Positions 11,972-24,211 of a DNA stretch of 64,000 nucleotides are shown here, piece by piece. Within the stretch, counting starts at the first letter, position 1, and every line of letters begins with the position of its first letter. Both the position numbers and the translations under genes were made by a program. The stretch is from Pachysolen tannophilus NRRL Y-2460 (Eukaryota): assembly GCA_001661245.1 (NCBI GenBank), contig KV454014.1, forward strand, positions 289,559 to 353,558, given 5' to 3'. The notes beneath the pieces are model-generated. The model was not told where the DNA came from, searched no databases, and saw nothing but the letters and a program-made list of their open reading frames with translations.

Positions 11972-13570
11972 TTATCTGGTCGAAAACAGTCTGATTTCGC
12001 CTGTTCTTGACCTGATAATATCGCTTAAAGAGCACATAGTTAATGGAGCATGGAAATTTCCATCACCTTCTATTTCTTGGCCAAAATATGGATCTACGCT
12101 GTCGTAACTATCGATACTGTTGCTATCACTATCATTGGAAGCTATTGGCTTGATTGGGGTTTCTTGTGGTTCTTTTGCTTTAGTTGGATCTTTTATGTCT
12201 CTTGTTTGATTTACATTATCGTTATTTTTCTGGTGATGCCTATGGTTAAAATAGTTTGCCAAAGAAGAGAGCGACATCACGTTCATGTCAAAATCTTCAC
12301 CCAAGATTGATGGAGACGTTGAGCCAGATAAACTGGTCAAGTTTTGGTCTCCTGCTTTGGAATCAGTATGATAATTACTAATATTATCGATATTGCGTTG
12401 TTCCGCATTCAACATATCGTAATATGAGTAAAACCTTAATGCCTTATCGAGGGCAGAAGAAAGGTCTGTATCTGGATCTGGACTTTCTAGATTGTTATCG
12501 GTACCATCGTATTGGTGGGCACCGTGATGAAGATGATTATGATGGTGATGATGGTGGTGGTGTTGATGATTATGACGAAGTTGAGAATGAAGCGGTCCTT
12601 TATCTTTCTCTTCATCTTCTTCTTCTTTAGAAGCCGATAGATTTTTGGCTCTTACCATACCTTGATCTTTGCTGCTGTAACTTCTATCTAATACTGGTCG
12701 TTCAGTAGCGTTAGAACTAGTAAAATAATTACCACTAGTTGACCTTCTATTTTTAGGTCTATCCAGTTGGTTACCACCATTATCCATGCACATGGATAAT
12801 TGAGAACTAACAAGACTGACTCTTCTAGAACCACTTCCTGGTGATATAACACCAATATCGTCTAGATTTGCCTTTTCATCTGTTACAATCTCAGCTGTTG
12901 CATCAAGCACTGCAGCAATATAGTTTTCTGAATGGTAATGTGATGGAATTGAATTAGAACCTGAAATAAGACCAAAGCTTTGCCTACGACTTGGAGGGGT
13001 TCCTAAATTTTGATTATATTCATTGTTGACATTATCATTACTATTACTTGTATTCATATTGGAATCAAAATTAAAAGAATCATTATTAAATTGTTCATTT
13101 TGTGAATCCCGATTAAAATTTGAAATTGAAGGATCAACTGATCTTTCAAAAATCAATAATGTACTTGAAGATGTTGGTGAACTGTTTTTATTGTTAAGTA
13201 AAGTGGGTGCAGAAGCTGATATTTGTATATTTGTATTCTTATTCGTTAAAGATTTGTTATTTGAAGTATGAATTTGTGATGAACTTGCAAAAATTCCTCC
13301 TCTTTCTGTACCATTATTATATTGTTCTATTTCTTTATCAAGTAAATGTCCTGATTCTACTGAACTTGATGAAGAATTACAATGATTCTTATTCTTCCCT
13401 AAACACATATGATCTTGTTTCTTACCAAAAGTAGGAAATTTGATAAATCTTTTCTTTAAACTTGAGGATAAGCTACTTTTAGAATCATTCGAAACTGATG
13501 ATGATGATGCCACTATTTGTTTATTAGTTTTTTGATCAAAATTTTTTTTATTTAATGAATTATATGCCAT
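11972..13570 (-). CDS. Low-complexity Ser/Asn/His-rich protein, probable Isf1/Mbr1 family
   Basis: 535-aa ORF with short conserved-looking islands (IFERSV, HSENYIAAVLD, LRFYSYYDM). Sits directly beside NAM7, as ISF1 does in S. cerevisiae, whose paralogue MBR1 is beside BUD2. The family call rests mainly on synteny. Confidence 0.6.
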   Translation of the reverse strand: MAYNSLNKKNFDQKTNKQIVASSSSVSNDSKSSLSSSLKKRFIKFPTFGKKQDHMCLGKNKNHCNSSSSSVESGHLLDKEIEQYNNGTERGGIFASSSQIHTSNNKSLTNKNTNIQISASAPTLLNNKNSSPTSSSTLLIFERSVDPSISNFNRDSQNEQFNNDSFNFDSNMNTSNSNDNVNNEYNQNLGTPPSRRQSFGLISGSNSIPSHYHSENYIAAVLDATAEIVTDEKANLDDIGVISPGSGSRRVSLVSSQLSMCMDNGGNQLDRPKNRRSTSGNYFTSSNATERPVLDRSYSSKDQGMVRAKNLSASKEEEDEEKDKGPLHSQLRHNHQHHHHHHHHNHLHHGAHQYDGTDNNLESPDPDTDLSSALDKALRFYSYYDMLNAEQRNIDNISNYHTDSKAGDQNLTSLSGSTSPSILGEDFDMNVMSLSSLANYFNHRHHQKNNDNVNQTRDIKDPTKAKEPQETPIKPIASNDSDSNSIDSYDSVDPYFGQEIEGDGNFHAPLTMCSLSDIIRSRTGEIRLFSTR

Positions 13571-14624
13571 ACTTTTCAATATACTTAAATATTATCTGAA
13601 ATAGAAAGAATGTGTTCATAAATTATTTAAAATATGATGGTTAATACAAATATATATGTTAAAAGTAATTCAAAATAATCTGTTTAATTTATATCAGGGA
13701 TGATAATGTAGTGGAACGGTTCGGTCTGTAAGATGAGAAAGTTTTATCTGGAAATTATCTAAAAAATGATCATTATAGACAATCAAAATAATAATAATAA
13801 TAATAATAATAATGGTTGTTTTTTTTTTGGTTTCTTTTCAGTAGTTTGGAATTCATCATGTTATTAAAAGTAACATAAAGCAAATTAAGCATGGCTGAAA
13901 GATGACGCTAAATTTATGTAAAGTATGTATGCGAGTTGTTCAAATGTATACTTTTCTACTTTTGGGAAATGGTTTACTGATTTTTAATGTAAAGTTACTT
14001 ACTAAAGAAGATCAGTTGCATTGCGTAAATAGTCGGGGAATAGAAAAAAAAAATGATCCCAAAAAATAAAAGAAAGATCAATTTTTTAAATAAAAAAAAA
14101 AACTAAAAAAAAAATCACACTACAAATAAGCAGGGATGGAGGTTTTGCATAATGTTTTTCCGTTTCAATAAATTGAAATTTTTTAAAATTAAACTAAAAA
14201 AAAAAACACCCAAGGAGGTTTGAATATTCACAAATTATATATAAATTATGAAGATAAAATGATTCAGGAATAAAACATAAAATATCTATTTAGTTTTAGG
14301 TTTCACAGAGATCATCCATCCATTCATCACCTTACTGAAAAAAATATTTAATACCGCTTTCTTTTTAACTTGTTACGCCGCATCGCTAAAAAAAGAGTTA
14401 AAAAAATGAAAACATGCATTGAAACATGCATGTATATGTGCGTTATATGCATAGAAGCTGCAGGTGAATAACTATGTTTCTTTTTTTTTGAAAATAGAAA
14501 AATAGACAAAAGTTCAATTTAGTTTACTTCAAATTAAAACAAATCTGAGTATTTATGCAAAATGCCAGTGCTAAGATGTAATATATATTAAAGACGATAG
14601 TATAGAAATAATTTAAAATTTGAA

Positions 14625-16088
14625 TTAATCAGGATTGGATATTCTTAAATACCTTCTAGAATAGTCGTGTCCATCATCGAATGAAGTTCCACTGAGTAAA
14701 CCATTTAAATTCATGAATAAACTATTGTGGTTCCTGTTCAGCAGGAAAGCTCGAGATTCTTCAGAAATGAATACATTTTCATTACCATATTTTAAATCTG
14801 GATTATTATATGAGTTTGAAATACTTTCAAGATCAGTTGATTGCTCTTTAAACATAATTTTACGTTTTGTGTACCACAAGTAGAGCAACCAAATTACAAC
14901 ACCAATTAAAGAAGCACCAACTATTGCAACTACAGTGAATACACCAGCTACTTTACCCTTCTCACTGAAAAATCCCGAGCTGGAACTTGAATCCAGTTGT
15001 GTTTCCAAAGAAGATTCATTTGATGATGGACTAGGAGCAGCTGTTGTTGTTGTTGCTGTTGTTATAATTTCTGATTCTGTAAGAACTTGAGTTACTTGTT
15101 CTCCTGTTACTGTAGAAACTTGATAAATTGTTGAAATTTTTGCATGTGTCAAACTTTGTGATTTAGTTGATACAACCACTTCTGTGTTGCTAGATGTTGT
15201 TTTATCGGATGAAGATGATACTGCAGTGATTGTAGATGATAAAAATGAAGAATTTGAACTCAAAGTTGTGCTTGTGCTTGGGCTCGTGCTTGGGCTCGTG
15301 CTTGGGCTTGTGCTAGAGCTTGAAGCTGTGCTTGAAGTTGTGCTTGAAGTTGTCCTCGTGCTTGGGCTTGTGCTAGTGCTTGAAGTTGGGCTCGTGCTTG
15401 AACTGGTAGTTGTTGTGGTGGAAATGACACTACTAGAAGATTCAAAGGAACTGGTAGGACTAGATTCATAAGAATCAGAGGTATAGCTGCTACTGCTGGA
15501 ATCACTGGACGTTGTTGATGAGTTTTCTTTTGAAGTAGATGTAGCAGCAGTAGCAGATGATGATGATGATGATGACGACGATGACGACGATGATGATGTG
15601 GTATGGGACGTTGTTGAAGTTGTTGAAGTTGTTGAAGATTCAGTTGATGAACTTGAGGTAGACTGGGTTTGCGTTGTACTGGTGCTTTCAAAACTGCCGC
15701 TGCTACTACTACTACTACTACTGCTACTACTGCTCGTTGGGGTCTTCAACTCTAAATATCCAAATAAATCACTACCCGAATTGCCGCAGTACTCATACGG
15801 ATAACCGGGACACGGAGTACTACAATTTGAAACATCTTCAAATTCATCAGGTAAATAGTTTGAACACCAACAATCCCATCCTTGTAATATCGCTAATGCA
15901 TAACTTGAACATGTTTGCTCGCATAATCCTTCTGACTGATATAAAGAGTAAGAAACTGAATTTTCTGCCGTATTTTCAGATGAACAATACGTTTGAGTTG
16001 AATTGATTTGTTTTGAGAATAACAGTATCATTAAATTAAAAGTTGTCAATAATGACGATTGAAAATTCAAACTATTAATAATTCTCAT
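14625..16088 (-). CDS. WSC-family cell-wall stress sensor (type I membrane protein)
   Basis: Signal peptide, Cys-rich WSC domain (YQSEGLC...CWCSN...CPGYPYEYCG), long Ser/Thr stalk, transmembrane segment VAGVFTVVAIVG, C-terminal DYSRRYLRISNPD. Confidence 0.9.
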   Translation of the reverse strand: MRIINSLNFQSSLLTTFNLMILLFSKQINSTQTYCSSENTAENSVSYSLYQSEGLCEQTCSSYALAILQGWDCWCSNYLPDEFEDVSNCSTPCPGYPYEYCGNSGSDLFGYLELKTPTSSSSSSSSSSSSGSFESTSTTQTQSTSSSSTESSTTSTTSTTSHTTSSSSSSSSSSSSSSATAATSTSKENSSTTSSDSSSSSYTSDSYESSPTSSFESSSSVISTTTTTSSSTSPTSSTSTSPSTRTTSSTTSSTASSSSTSPSTSPSTSPSTSTTLSSNSSFLSSTITAVSSSSDKTTSSNTEVVVSTKSQSLTHAKISTIYQVSTVTGEQVTQVLTESEIITTATTTTAAPSPSSNESSLETQLDSSSSSGFFSEKGKVAGVFTVVAIVGASLIGVVIWLLYLWYTKRKIMFKEQSTDLESISNSYNNPDLKYGNENVFISEESRAFLLNRNHNSLFMNLNGLLSGTSFDDGHDYSRRYLRISNPD

Positions 16089-16379
16089 TTTTTTAAATAA
16101 TGATCTATGTATATACGGATAATCAAATATATACATTTGAAATGAATTCATCCATCCAATCAAATGTTATTCAATTCATAGTGACTCCAGAAAAAAAAAA
16201 ACTTTAAAACTTAAAAACTGAGTTCTAAAAACCTGAGCTCATACCAAAGTTATCTATTTATGTATTAACTTTTTTCCACCAAAAGCAAAAAAATAAATTT
16301 GAAAACTGTTTATTTCTTTGTTTGTGGTATGGAAAAGAAATGATTTTCCCGAAAACCATTAAAGAAGAAGAAGAAACCA

Positions 16380-16413
<34 letters not shown>

Positions 16414-16879
16414 NNNNNNNNNNNNNNNNNNNNNNNNNNNNNNNNNNNNNNNNNNNNNNNNNNNNNNNNNNNNNNNNNNNNNNNNNNNNNNNNNNNNNNN
16501 NNNNNNNNNNNNNNNNNNNNNNNNNNNNNNNNNNNNNNNNNNNNNNNNNNNNNNNNNNNNNNNNNNNNNNNNNNNNNNNNNNNNNNNNNNNNNNNNNNNN
16601 NNNNNNNNNNNNNNNNNNNNNNNNNNNNNNNNNNNNNNNNNNNNNNNNNNNNNNNNNNNNNNNNNNNNNNNNNNNNNNNNNNNNNNNNNNNNNNNNNNNN
16701 NNNNNNNNNNNNNNNNNNNNNNNNNNNNNNNNNNNNNNNNNNNNNNNNNNNNNNNNNNNNNNNNNNNNNNNNNNNNNNNNNNNNNNNNNNNNNNNNNNNN
16801 NNNNNNNNNNNNNNNNNNNNNNNNNNNNNNNNNNNNNNNNNNNNNNNNNNNNNNNNNNNNNNNNNNNNNNNNNNNNNNN
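16414..16879. other. Assembly gap (N run) flanked by poly-A and (TA)n
   Basis: Run of N characters. Confidence 1.
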
Positions 16880-18368
16880 AAAAAANAAAAAAAATAATAT
16901 ATATATATACGTATTACTTTATTACCTCAAACTGTAAGACTTCTCTCTTCACTAGAATAAAATGATTATTTTATTAATAATTCGGACGGACATATTCAGA
17001 GAGGTATAAGTAACGAAACTTATTAGTTAGCTTAAAGTGACTAAAATAGAAATTTCAAATGAGATGCATAATTTTAAAAAAATTATATAAAGATACTTTA
17101 TTGATAACCACACTTCTTAACGAGATTAAATTAATGCCAAAACCAAAAAAATAAATCATATTCTATAAATATAAAATAAATCTATTCAAATAGTGAATTC
17201 GTTCGTATCTTCAATGAAACGAGGAATCCGGTAAAAGAAGCAAAAACGCATAAAACTAACTGTTCGGATTTTTGTCATGCTTAAAGTTTGACAACTCTAA
17301 AATAATAACAATAAATAATAATGAGCCGCACATATAATAAATAAACTGAAAGTTATTTATTGTTCAACTGGAAGAGTCTCAAGTTGAATACTAACCAACC
17401 CCTCTATGAACGAGTTTTACAATTTCAAGTTTTTTATTATAAAACTATTGATTCGATGTTAATCCGTTGAATCCGGCTTGTGTCTCGTATAAATATATTA
17501 GATGGAGTGATTTTTGTCCGCACAGGAAAGATAAGGTACATTTAAGCACGGAACGGTATTATTCATTCATTCATTCATTTTTTCATTCTTTTAACAGTAA
17601 CTTTGTATATTTGCCAACAAAAAAAGCAAAAAAATATCAATCTACCTAAGGAAACTAAGACAACATCAATGATTGAAAAATCTTTTGAATCTGAATTTTC
17701 AGGTACTGCATCCATTTATTGTTCAATAACTATAAAGGGCATCATCATCTCTTTTTTTTTTTTTTTTATTTTAACAAAAAAAAGGTAACTTCCTGAACCG
17801 TCAAGCTTGATTATCAAGGGATATGATTGGCTCAAATCACTGCTGCTCGCACAAAGTTTTAAATCTTGAACAGCCTGAACAACCAATCATATTCCCAGAA
17901 ACTTCAAGTGCAAAAAAAAAAAAAAAAAAAAAAAAAAAACTATTGCTAATTGTTCCTTACCTTATCTTGTAAATAAAGAAAGACCTCAAGATGGATGAAA
18001 AATGATACCTTGTCAACAGATAGATAGATAGATAGATTCTGGCTATATAGATTTTTCTAGCAATACCATTTACTGGTTCTTGTGTTTTTCTTGAATCTTT
18101 TAACTTTGATTAGTTTTTAATGGAAAAAAAGTGAAAAAAAAGTGAAAAAAAAAAATTGTGAAAAATTGATTAATAAAAACGCGTATTTATTAATTGGTAA
18201 AATAAATCTTTTAATTAATTTAATTATTTAATTATATATAATTGCTTTTTCATATTGTTTAAGATTTATATATAATTAATCGATTGTAATATATTCTTTA
18301 GGATTATAGGAAGGATATTGGGTCAGTTGATTAAATTAATTTGATTAATTGTGGAATAGAAAAAGAAA

Positions 18369-20207
18369 ATGAGTGAAACTGATTTAGATTTAGAAAAAGC
18401 TGAACAAGTTTTAAATGAAGTTTCTAATGCTACTATTAAATGGATAGACCGATTTTCTATTAAATTAGCTTATACACTTTATGATAATCAATTTGTTAGG
18501 AATCATAAGGATGAATTTAATCCTCAATTTTTGACTTATATTTCGATGTTATTTATTGCTGTATCGTTGATTATAGTTGGTAGTTATGCTACAGTTGAAA
18601 AACCTAAAAATGCTTTAACTCCTTCAAAATATCATCCATTATTTGATCAATCGGATAAAGATCAAAAATCTTTTGAAGAAACAAATTTAACAGAGAAAAA
18701 TGCTATATTGATGCCTGTTATTGGATGTATTACATTATTAGGTTTATATCATGGATTAAAAAATCTTTCACCAGAAACACTTTCTTATTATTTAAATAAT
18801 TATATTATGTTGATGAGTATTAATTCAAATACTTCATCGATTAATCATTTAATTAAAATTATTACAAGAAAATTTTGTTATTGGATGCAAGTTTCATCTT
18901 TAAATTTTTTACATCGTTATAAATTAACTTTATCTGTTGATGAAGATATTCATTCATTTGGTGTTGAAGAAAATTATACATTGCCTGAAGATGATCATAA
19001 ATTAAGAGTTCTAAAAGAAGAATCTTTAAAAAATTCAAGAAGTAATGTTTTAATTAAAGATCAATTATTTAATTTTTTCTTTTCAACAGCAGAACTAATT
19101 TCAATACCATTAGGATTATTAATTAGTGGGTTTTTTTATAAATTTGATGGTAGTAAAAATTGGATTTTAAGTAATTGTTTAGGTTCATTTTTCACAATTT
19201 TTGGAATTCAATCAGTTAGAATTGGTAATTTTAAAACAAGTTTTATCATGTTATTAGGTTTATTCATATATGATATTTATTTTGTATTTGGAAGTGATGT
19301 TATGGTTACCGTTGCAAAAGGTATTGATATCCCTGTTAAACTTCTTATTCCAAATTTACCATTACCTGAATTAGATTCCGAAACATCATTAAGTTCTTTA
19401 AAGTTACCAATGTCAATGTTAGGATTAGGTGATATTGTTGTTCCTGGAGTTTTCATTTCTTTATGTTTAAGGTTTGATTTATGGAGATTCCATAATTTTA
19501 ATAAAGATTTGGAATTTCATCATTTACAACCTTTCCCTAAACCATATTTTATCACTTCATTGATTGGTTATATATTTGGGTTGGTAACAACCATGGGTGC
19601 TTTACACGTTTCTCAACAAGGTCAACCTGCATTATTATATCTTTGTCCTTCTCTTTCTCTTAGTGTAATTGGATTAGCTATATTAAAAGGTGAATTAAAA
19701 CTTTTATGGAATTATGAAGAAGCAGATAAAGATGATGATAATTCTGATTCTGATTCTATATCAGCTTATAAAGTTAGTTCATGTACTTTAAGGCTTCTTG
19801 AATTGGATGATGAAGATGAAGAAGAAGAGGAAAAAGATGATGATTACATTTTCCAAGATGATGGCGAAGATGATTATGATGAAGATGAAGAAGATACTTT
19901 GTTAATCAAGGAGGAACTATCCGATGATGAAGAGGTTGAAGAGAAGGAAAATTGCGCACTGCGGTTTTTCAAAGAACCATATGACGAATCTGAAGATGAC
20001 GATTACGAAGAAGAAGCAGAAGTAGAAGCAGAAACAAAAGAAGAAGACGAAGACGAAGATGATGATGAAGATGATGAAGATGAAGGTGAAGACGAAAACG
20101 ATGACGAAGAGGACGAAGATGATGAAGATGATGACGATGACGATGACGAGGAAGAAACTCAAGGAGAACCAGTAAGCGTAACTATTGTTGGGGGTGAAGA
20201 CGAATAA
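18369..20207 (+). CDS. YPF1: Signal peptide peptidase-type intramembrane aspartyl protease (Ypf1/YKL100C-like) with long acidic tail
   Basis: YDIYFVF, LGLGDIVVPG and GQPALLY motifs; multiple transmembrane segments. Confidence 0.9.
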   Translation: MSETDLDLEKAEQVLNEVSNATIKWIDRFSIKLAYTLYDNQFVRNHKDEFNPQFLTYISMLFIAVSLIIVGSYATVEKPKNALTPSKYHPLFDQSDKDQKSFEETNLTEKNAILMPVIGCITLLGLYHGLKNLSPETLSYYLNNYIMLMSINSNTSSINHLIKIITRKFCYWMQVSSLNFLHRYKLTLSVDEDIHSFGVEENYTLPEDDHKLRVLKEESLKNSRSNVLIKDQLFNFFFSTAELISIPLGLLISGFFYKFDGSKNWILSNCLGSFFTIFGIQSVRIGNFKTSFIMLLGLFIYDIYFVFGSDVMVTVAKGIDIPVKLLIPNLPLPELDSETSLSSLKLPMSMLGLGDIVVPGVFISLCLRFDLWRFHNFNKDLEFHHLQPFPKPYFITSLIGYIFGLVTTMGALHVSQQGQPALLYLCPSLSLSVIGLAILKGELKLLWNYEEADKDDDNSDSDSISAYKVSSCTLRLLELDDEDEEEEEKDDDYIFQDDGEDDYDEDEEDTLLIKEELSDDEEVEEKENCALRFFKEPYDESEDDDYEEEAEVEAETKEEDEDEDDDEDDEDEGEDENDDEEDEDDEDDDDDDDEEETQGEPVSVTIVGGEDE

Positions 20208-20536
20208 TCTCTAATCTTTAATTGTCAAGGGCTGAACCAAAGTGAAAGTGAAAGTGAAAGCAAAATCAAAAGAAAAAGCAAAAGCCAGCCGACTTGTCTT
20301 ACCATATATATTTCCTATTTCCGTATGCAAACTATTCCCCATGATTTTTGATTTTTGATTTTCTTTATATAGCAGTAGTAAAATATAGTTTCAAGTTTTT
20401 ATATATAATTATATAAGCCTTAGTTTACGTACATATACGTATATTCTACTCGAGTGGGCACATATCCTCTCTCTCTTTCCTCCAATTGAAATTAAAAATC
20501 AACACTTATATATGTAAAATCTCTTACTTCATACCT

Positions 20537-20586
20537 CACATTCCGCACTCCGCACTCCGCATTCCATATTCCACATTCCACATTCA
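20537..20586. repeat. Heptamer tandem repeat (approx. CCRCAYT), about 7 units
   Basis: cacattccgcactccgcactccgcattccatattccacattccacattc. Confidence 0.8.
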
Positions 20587-21732
20587 ATCAGCCTTCCTTG
20601 GTCTTGTAGACCATTGCCGATAAAGAAAAAAAAATAATAAAAAAAGAAGGGTACAAAACACGCAAAAGTACTCCGAAATCCTAAAGTGGGGCTATTACAT
20701 ATCCTTTCGTAGTAGATCGGCTTTACAAAATTGAACCTGAAAATAAGCATTGACCGATCAACGTCAATATTTTCTAAATACAACAACTCCAATCACTTAT
20801 TCATAGACTACTACAATGATTAATGATTAATTTGATTCTTTTTCAAGGAACGATTTGCGTACAGAAACGGTGAAATCGGAAAAGTATTTTAAAGAATTGA
20901 GGAGGGTGAAAAATTTTTGAGGACATAAAAAAAAGAAAAAAGGAAAAAGGAAAAAGCAAAAAAATGAGACATAAAGATTATGGGACGAAAACAATTTATA
21001 TTTCTCTCATGTTATTTATGGCCTCATCAAAGCCGAACCAAATTAATTATAAACTTGAATTATAGTTAAGTTCAAAGCTATCTATTAACAAATTACCTTC
21101 TGATTTATAGTAATTTTATATAATATTTATTATTTTTTATGTTGTTGGGATTTTTTTATTGAATTGGTTGGTATATAGAAAGAGTCATTGAAAGGCAGCT
21201 ACTCCGAAGAGCGGGGGTATGCAAAATTGATGCAGATGGGGTGATTTTGGTATCTAAGATGTGTAAACGACGTAGCAATTTTTGCTTTTTTTTTCTTTTT
21301 TGGCAGGCTGGCTGGCTAGCAGGCTGGCTTTACTTGATTTTGACTTGATTTCGGTGAATAGATTTTTTCGATATTCGAAATATGTACGAAAGGGCAAAGA
21401 AGCATGACAAGCGTTTTACTCTATTTATTATTGAAGTTGCTTTGAATGGGGTGTAGATATTTAATCAAGCAACTAAATTAAACTGAAATCAATGAATAAT
21501 TCGGAACATTGAAGACCTACTTTCGGTTTACTTGTTTTTTTTTTTGAATACTTTGAATTGTTTTTTTTTTCTTTTTTAGATTTACCGTCTTTTAGCTTGT
21601 TTTCCATTTGCTCAATTCTTGAGTTGAAAAGTTTATTGAAATTCTATTTAACAAATTCAATCTGTCCTTGTTTTCAATTTTTTTTGTTTGAAAGATAAAA
21701 TCCCCCCCCACCAAAAAAAAAAAAAGAAAAGA

Positions 21733-22854
21733 ATGCTTTCTTCATCAAGAATTTTCTCTACAGCTAGTAAAGAACCACTTAGATTCTTAAGATTTAGTTC
21801 TACTGCTCCTGTTATTCCAAAGACACAAAAAGGTGTTATTTTTTACAAAAATAATGGACCTTTAGAATATAAGGATATTCCTGTTCCTACACCTAAACCA
21901 ACAGAAATTTTGATTAATGTCAAGTATTCAGGTGTTTGTCATACTGATTTACATGCTTGGAAAGGTGATTGGCCATTACCAGTGAAATTACCTTTAGTTG
22001 GTGGTCATGAAGGTGCTGGTGTTGTTGTTGCCAAAGGTGCTTTGGTAAACAATTTTGAAATTGGTGATTTAGCTGGTATTAAATGGTTAAATGGTTCTTG
22101 TATGACTTGTGAATTTTGTGAAGAAAGTAATGAATCAAATTGTCCTGATGCAGATTTATCTGGTTACACACATGATGGTTCTTTCCAACAATATGCTACT
22201 GCTGATGCTGTTCAAGCTGCTAAATTAGAACCAGGTACAGATTTGGCTACTGTAGCTCCAATCTTGTGTGCTGGTATCACTGTCTACAAGGCTTTAAAAA
22301 CTGCAGATTTAAGAGCTGGCCAATGGGTAGCCATTTCTGGTGCTGCTGGTGGTTTAGGTTCCTTGGCTGTTCAATATGCAAAAGCATTGGGTCTTAGAGT
22401 CCTTGGTATTGATGGTGGTCCAGGTAAAGAAGAATTATTTAAATCTTTAGGTGGTGATGTCTTTATCGATTTTACAAAGACAAAAGATCAAAATAAAGAT
22501 ATCATTGCTGCCACTAACGGTGGTCCTCATGGTGTCATCAATGTCTCTGTCTCTGAAAGAGCAATCCAAGCATCAACTGAGTATGTAAGACCATGTGGTA
22601 CTGTTGTCTTGGTTGGTATGCCAGCTGGTGCAGTATGTGCTTCTTCAGTCTTCAACCACGTTGTTAAATCCATCAAGATTAAAGGTTCTTATGTTGGTAA
22701 CAGAGCTGATACTAGAGAGGCATTGGACTTCTTTGATAGAGGTTTGATCAAGTCTCCTATCACTGTTGCAGGATTGTCTGAACTTCCACAAATTTTCGAA
22801 AAAATGGAAGCTGGTAAGATTCTTGGACGTTATGTCGTTGATACATCTCGTTAA
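21733..22854 (+). CDS. ADH3: Mitochondrial zinc alcohol dehydrogenase
   Basis: [14 protein letters not shown], structural Zn cysteines, GAAGGLG; Arg/Ser-rich presequence [23 protein letters not shown]; lies near NAM7 as YMR083W does. Confidence 0.93.
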   Translation: MLSSSRIFSTASKEPLRFLRFSSTAPVIPKTQKGVIFYKNNGPLEYKDIPVPTPKPTEILINVKYSGVCHTDLHAWKGDWPLPVKLPLVGGHEGAGVVVAKGALVNNFEIGDLAGIKWLNGSCMTCEFCEESNESNCPDADLSGYTHDGSFQQYATADAVQAAKLEPGTDLATVAPILCAGITVYKALKTADLRAGQWVAISGAAGGLGSLAVQYAKALGLRVLGIDGGPGKEELFKSLGGDVFIDFTKTKDQNKDIIAATNGGPHGVINVSVSERAIQASTEYVRPCGTVVLVGMPAGAVCASSVFNHVVKSIKIKGSYVGNRADTREALDFFDRGLIKSPITVAGLSELPQIFEKMEAGKILGRYVVDTSR

Positions 22855-23194
22855 GAAAAGAGAATCTTCTTTCACTTTTTTTTACTTGAAAGTTGAATTT
22901 TTATAGTTTATTAAAATTGAATGAATTATGTCCCTTTTTATTTTAGTTTTTTTGTTATTCCTTTACTTAAAAAAAGAAAAAAAAAATGAAAACTCGTTTT
23001 AAACTAATACAATCTCTCGTATTTTAATATGTTTTATACCTCTTCTTGAAACATTTTTTAACTTCTGGACATAAATATTTATGTACGTGAAAAACCCCAA
23101 AAAATATTTGTTTTTTATAATGAAAAGTTCTTTTAAAAAGAATAAAGAGTTATTAATTAAATAACAATTAAAAGATAGATTTAGATAGTAAAAG

Positions 23195-24110
23195 ATGTCA
23201 GCATTTGATGAATTAGCAGCTGAAGAAGAGTATGTAAAATTGAATGAAAAAAAAATAGAAATATAATACTAATTTTTTTTTTTATTTTTTTCTCTATAGC
23301 AAATTACTTGAAAAAGTCTTGATAGGTTTAGCAGAATGTGAACAAGATATGGATGAAGCTGAAAAAGATTCAGAGATATATAGGATCAATAAGACTCAGT
23401 CGATTTATCTGAAAAGACGTTGTTTATTAGTACAAATCCCCAAGTTTTGGTATATTGTATTGGCTCAAAATGAAGATTTTTCAGAATATATATCTACTGA
23501 TGATTTAAAATATTTAGAATATATTAAAGATATTTATGTTGAATGGATGATTGATGCTGAAGGTAAAAAATCTAAAAATCCAAGGGATTTTTCTATTACA
23601 TTTGAATTTGAATCAATTGATGAAAAAGAAATTAAAAATCAAAAAATTGTGAAAAAATTTCAAACTGTTAATGATTCAGAAAATGGTGAAGAAAAATTAA
23701 TATCATCACCTACAAAAATTGAATGGCCTTATGATTATGATTCAATTAATCCAAATAAGATTGAGGATAAAACTTCAAAAGAAGGTAAGAAAAATTATAG
23801 ACTGGGAATGAGATCATTTTTTGCTTGGTTTAAATGGACAGGTTTAAAACCTGGTAAAGAATTTAGAAATGGTGAAGAATTAGCTAGATTAATTACTGAT
23901 GATTTGTTTCCATACTCTGTTAAATACTATACTGAGGCAATGCCTGGAATAGGTGATGATGATGATGATGATAGTTCAAGTGAAGAATTGGATTTGAGTG
24001 ATGATGAAGAAATTGAAGATCAAGAGAATGATATTGAGAAAAATAATAAAAAACGAGTTTTAGAAGATAAAGATCAAATAGATAAACTGTTAAAGAAAAA
24101 GATGAAATAA
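23195..24110 (+). CDS. VPS75: NAP-family histone chaperone; exons 23195-23229 and 23300-24110
   Basis: IPKFWYIVLA, SFFAWFKWTGLKPGKEF, acidic tail. Intron 23230-23299 (GTATGT...TACTAAT...TAG) joins in frame. Adjacent to RPA49, near-syntenic with S. cerevisiae. Confidence 0.9.
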
Positions 24111-24160
24111 AATTATTTTTGAAATTAAATTAATATAATAATAGAGCAAGCAAATATATT

Positions 24161-24191
<31 letters not shown>

Positions 24192-24211
24192 TTATGAATT
24201 CAAATTTTTAC

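Noticed and set aside
15184..16006. Antisense or alternate-frame ORFs with poly-Val/Leu/Tyr and QAQA tracts
   Set aside because: Shadows of the Ser/Thr repeat stalk of the WSC gene
16322..16897. 191-aa ORF
   Set aside because: Artefact spanning the N gap
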